This document shows, one piece after another, positions 61,857 through 64,000 of a stretch of 64,000 nt of DNA. This stretch comes from Candidatus Latescibacterota bacterium (lineage in GTDB: Bacteria; Latescibacterota; UBA2968; UBA8231). The notes under the pieces are model-generated. The model was given only the letters and a program-made list of their open reading frames with translations. It was not told the origin of the DNA and did no database searches. The DNA lies in the NCBI GenBank assembly GCA_965197905.1, contig CBDAOB010000001.1, positions 96,001 through 160,000 of the forward strand. The letters run 5' to 3'. Every line of letters starts with the position of its first letter. Positions within the stretch are counted from its first letter, which is position 1. A program made the translations under genes and the position numbers.

Positions 61857-62992
61857 ATGAGTGATTCAACGGAAGAGAATGGTGCAAAAAACGTCGCCCA
61901 ACAGGAGGACGGTGTTGTCACAGCTCTCCAGCAACTCCTCCCTACGGAGCTTGTTACGCAGCTTGAGGAGAGAGATGGGGCTGCTATTCTGGCTGAGGAG
62001 TTGCCTAACACATTCACAGCCTCGGAAGTTGTCTCGGCGACAAGTGAGGCCTCAAGGGCGTGGGAGCTGGTAGGTATCTACTATTTACAGCGTAACCGCT
62101 TTTTCGAGGCGATCTCAGTATTCAGCGGCCTATACTACCAACTGCTGGCCGCACAGGCTGAAGCAGGACAAATGGCATCAGAAAGGGATGCCTTTGGTTT
62201 GGATGCGAGATGCATATCTGCACCTGCGCATGCCTGTACTCGCCACGCGCTACCTGATGTTGACTCTCTGCGAAGATGCAATCCGATCAGAAGGCAATAT
62301 TCCACCTGGCCAGAGCGGGGTGTACCACCGAGCTGTGTGGGAGCAGGGGCTGGCTCATAGCGAACTCCTACGGTACACCCACGAGGTCTGGAGTTTGCAC
62401 TTAAAGAAGCCGTTAGAATCACGATATCCAGAGTGGATCCTTCAGGAGCTGGATCAGGAATGGATGCAAGAGTCCCCAAGTGAACGGGAGACAACCTACT
62501 ATGTAACAAATGTGCGTGTTGGTCGATGGATTAGGCGACAAGTCTGGAAAGACCTTGGAGCGTCTGGCTTCATACCTTATGGCGTGCATGCCTGGATGTC
62601 GCGCTTACACCCGTCAACGGAGCCACTCTACCGATTACGACGTAGTCTGCGCGCTTGAGGGCATCTACGCTGATTTCCGATCAGAGCTTGGCCGCTACAT
62701 CGTCTGTGAATGCAAAGATTGGAGTAGGCCTGCCAACTTCACCACGATGGCCAAGTTATGTCGCGTTCTCGACTCAGTGAAGTCAAGATTTGGCATCCTC
62801 TTCTCGCGCAGGGGGATTTCTGGTGCCGGAAGAACAACACAAGCAGAGCGTGAGCAGCTCAAAGTGTTCCAAGATAGGGGTATGGTCATAGCAGTCATCG
62901 ACGAAGACGACCTAAATCGAGTCGCCAATGGCGCCAACATGGTTTCAGTACTACGGGAGAAGTATGAGCACGTACGCCTGGATCTTCAGTAG
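61857..62992 (+). CDS. helical N-terminus plus Mrr-like PD-(D/E)xK endonuclease, disrupted near 62170 and 62510
   Basis: Three overlapping frames; C-terminal LERLASYL, DYDVV, IVCECKDW, GILFS..GISG. Confidence 0.7.
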
Positions 62993-63175
62993 TGAGAGGA
63001 CGGCGATGCGCAAAGCCCTGTCAGAGAGCAGTTGATGTGGCCGAGCAAGGCAATGTACCTGACGGACTTCATAGGTGGATCTAAGACTGTTGATGATTCG
63101 ACGGGCGAGATCGCTAAATCGTGATCGACAGTGTTCCCGCCCGTAGGTCAACCCTGCGTAGGCGTTCGGATACCA

Positions 63176-63990
63176 ATGAGAATTCCACCATTCGGTGAGC
63201 CAATCCTTGAGCAAGTTTGTAATGTTCTCGGTGACACCCAGACGGGCTCACTGGTAGCGAAATTGGTCGATATCTTCAGGAATGCGGTATTGCGGACCCG
63301 AATCCGGGAATGACAAAACGTATCCGCCTGTTCGATGCCCTCGCCGCCCGACAAAAAGCAGACAGTTGTGCCAATAACGTGTGCGCCTTCATTCAAAGAG
63401 TGATGAATCCCGTTCTCTACGTACAGTCGCCGGACTACTTTAGCAAGAAGCAGGATGAACTGAATCGCGTCCTGTCGTTTGAGGGACTCCGACTAACCGA
63501 TGAGGGTAGGCTGGAGCGAAGCGAGCAAGCACGAACTATATCCCACGCAGAAGCGGCTGCCAATCGACTTCGTGGCAAACTGATTGACCGTGGTGTCCAT
63601 CAGGACGTATTACGATTCTGTCGCGCCGAGCTCGTTGAAGGCAATTACTTTCATGCCGTGCTCGAGGCTGCGAAAAGCGTATCCCAGAAGATAAGAGACA
63701 AAACAGGACTAGTATCAGATGCTGCAGAATTGGTTGACCAGGCTTTTGGAATTGGGAAGAACCCCTATCCGGTCTTTGCCTTTAACGCACTTTCTACGGA
63801 ATCCGAAAGGAGCGAGCACAGAGGGCTAACGAACCTCATGAAGGGTTTCTTTGGAGCATTCCGAAACCCAACCGCGCACGCACCGCGCATCTCCTGGAGC
63901 ATTTCTGAACACGACGCCCTCGACATGATGACAATTGCGTCTCTCCTGCATCGCAGACTGGATGAAGCAGTAAAAACTCCCCGGAACTGA
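63176..63990 (+). CDS. TIGR02391 family protein, frameshifted near 63245
   Basis: LGDTQTG/LTGSEI...MTKRIRLF; NYFHAVLEAAKS, GAFRNPTAH; apparent missing G in acgggctc. Confidence 0.88.
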
Positions 63991-64000
63991 TGTTGCCGTG

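Larger units (their letters stand above)
47400..64000. mobile_element. tRNA-anchored accessory region, probably a composite of several islands, running past the window end
   Basis: Integrase abutting the tRNA, visibly more AT-rich and gene-poor sequence, gene fragments, tRNA remnants, defence-like genes. Confidence 0.75.

Overview
Bacterial (diderm, GC-rich) chromosomal window with two parts. (1) 1-47.2 kb, core-like: TPR-lytic transglycosylase, YqaA/DedA, mutY, two tandem DmpA/P1 peptidases, a LeuB-family dehydrogenase, several two-component/HDOD/Hpt signalling genes, rsmD, eukaryote-type hisA, an XRE + ImmA/IrrE pair, sugar-metabolism enzymes, a GH95-like hydrolase and an orphan fliN-fliN-fliG-fliM cluster. 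The most striking element is a ~17.6 kb co-directional gene run (41813->24197) with several overlapping start/stop codons: Yip1 - SBP-fused TolC - MFP - RND - POTRA-less Omp85 - secreted protein-kinase-like protein - two NTT/TLC (ATP/ADP translocase family) transporters, one with a HEAT tail - cNMP-binding protein - response regulator - PAS histidine kinase. It converges on a second Omp85 + kinase-like lipoprotein pair (21186-24135). My inference is an extracytoplasmic kinase system supplied with ATP by NTT transporters. (2) From tRNA-Glu(CTC) at 47342 to the end, an accessory region: a large serine recombinase reading antisense through the tRNA, tRNA-Asn and tRNA-Lys att-like remnants, a duplicated structured element with lipoprotein paralogues, a beta-propeller sensor with a recent 126-bp repeat expansion, an ECF sigma cassette, a phage portal remnant and a probable defence cluster (DUF2971, Mrr-like nuclease, TIGR02391). 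Many genes carry small frameshifts, several in short homopolymers, which may be assembly errors. All family calls come from reading motifs by eye, not from database searches.
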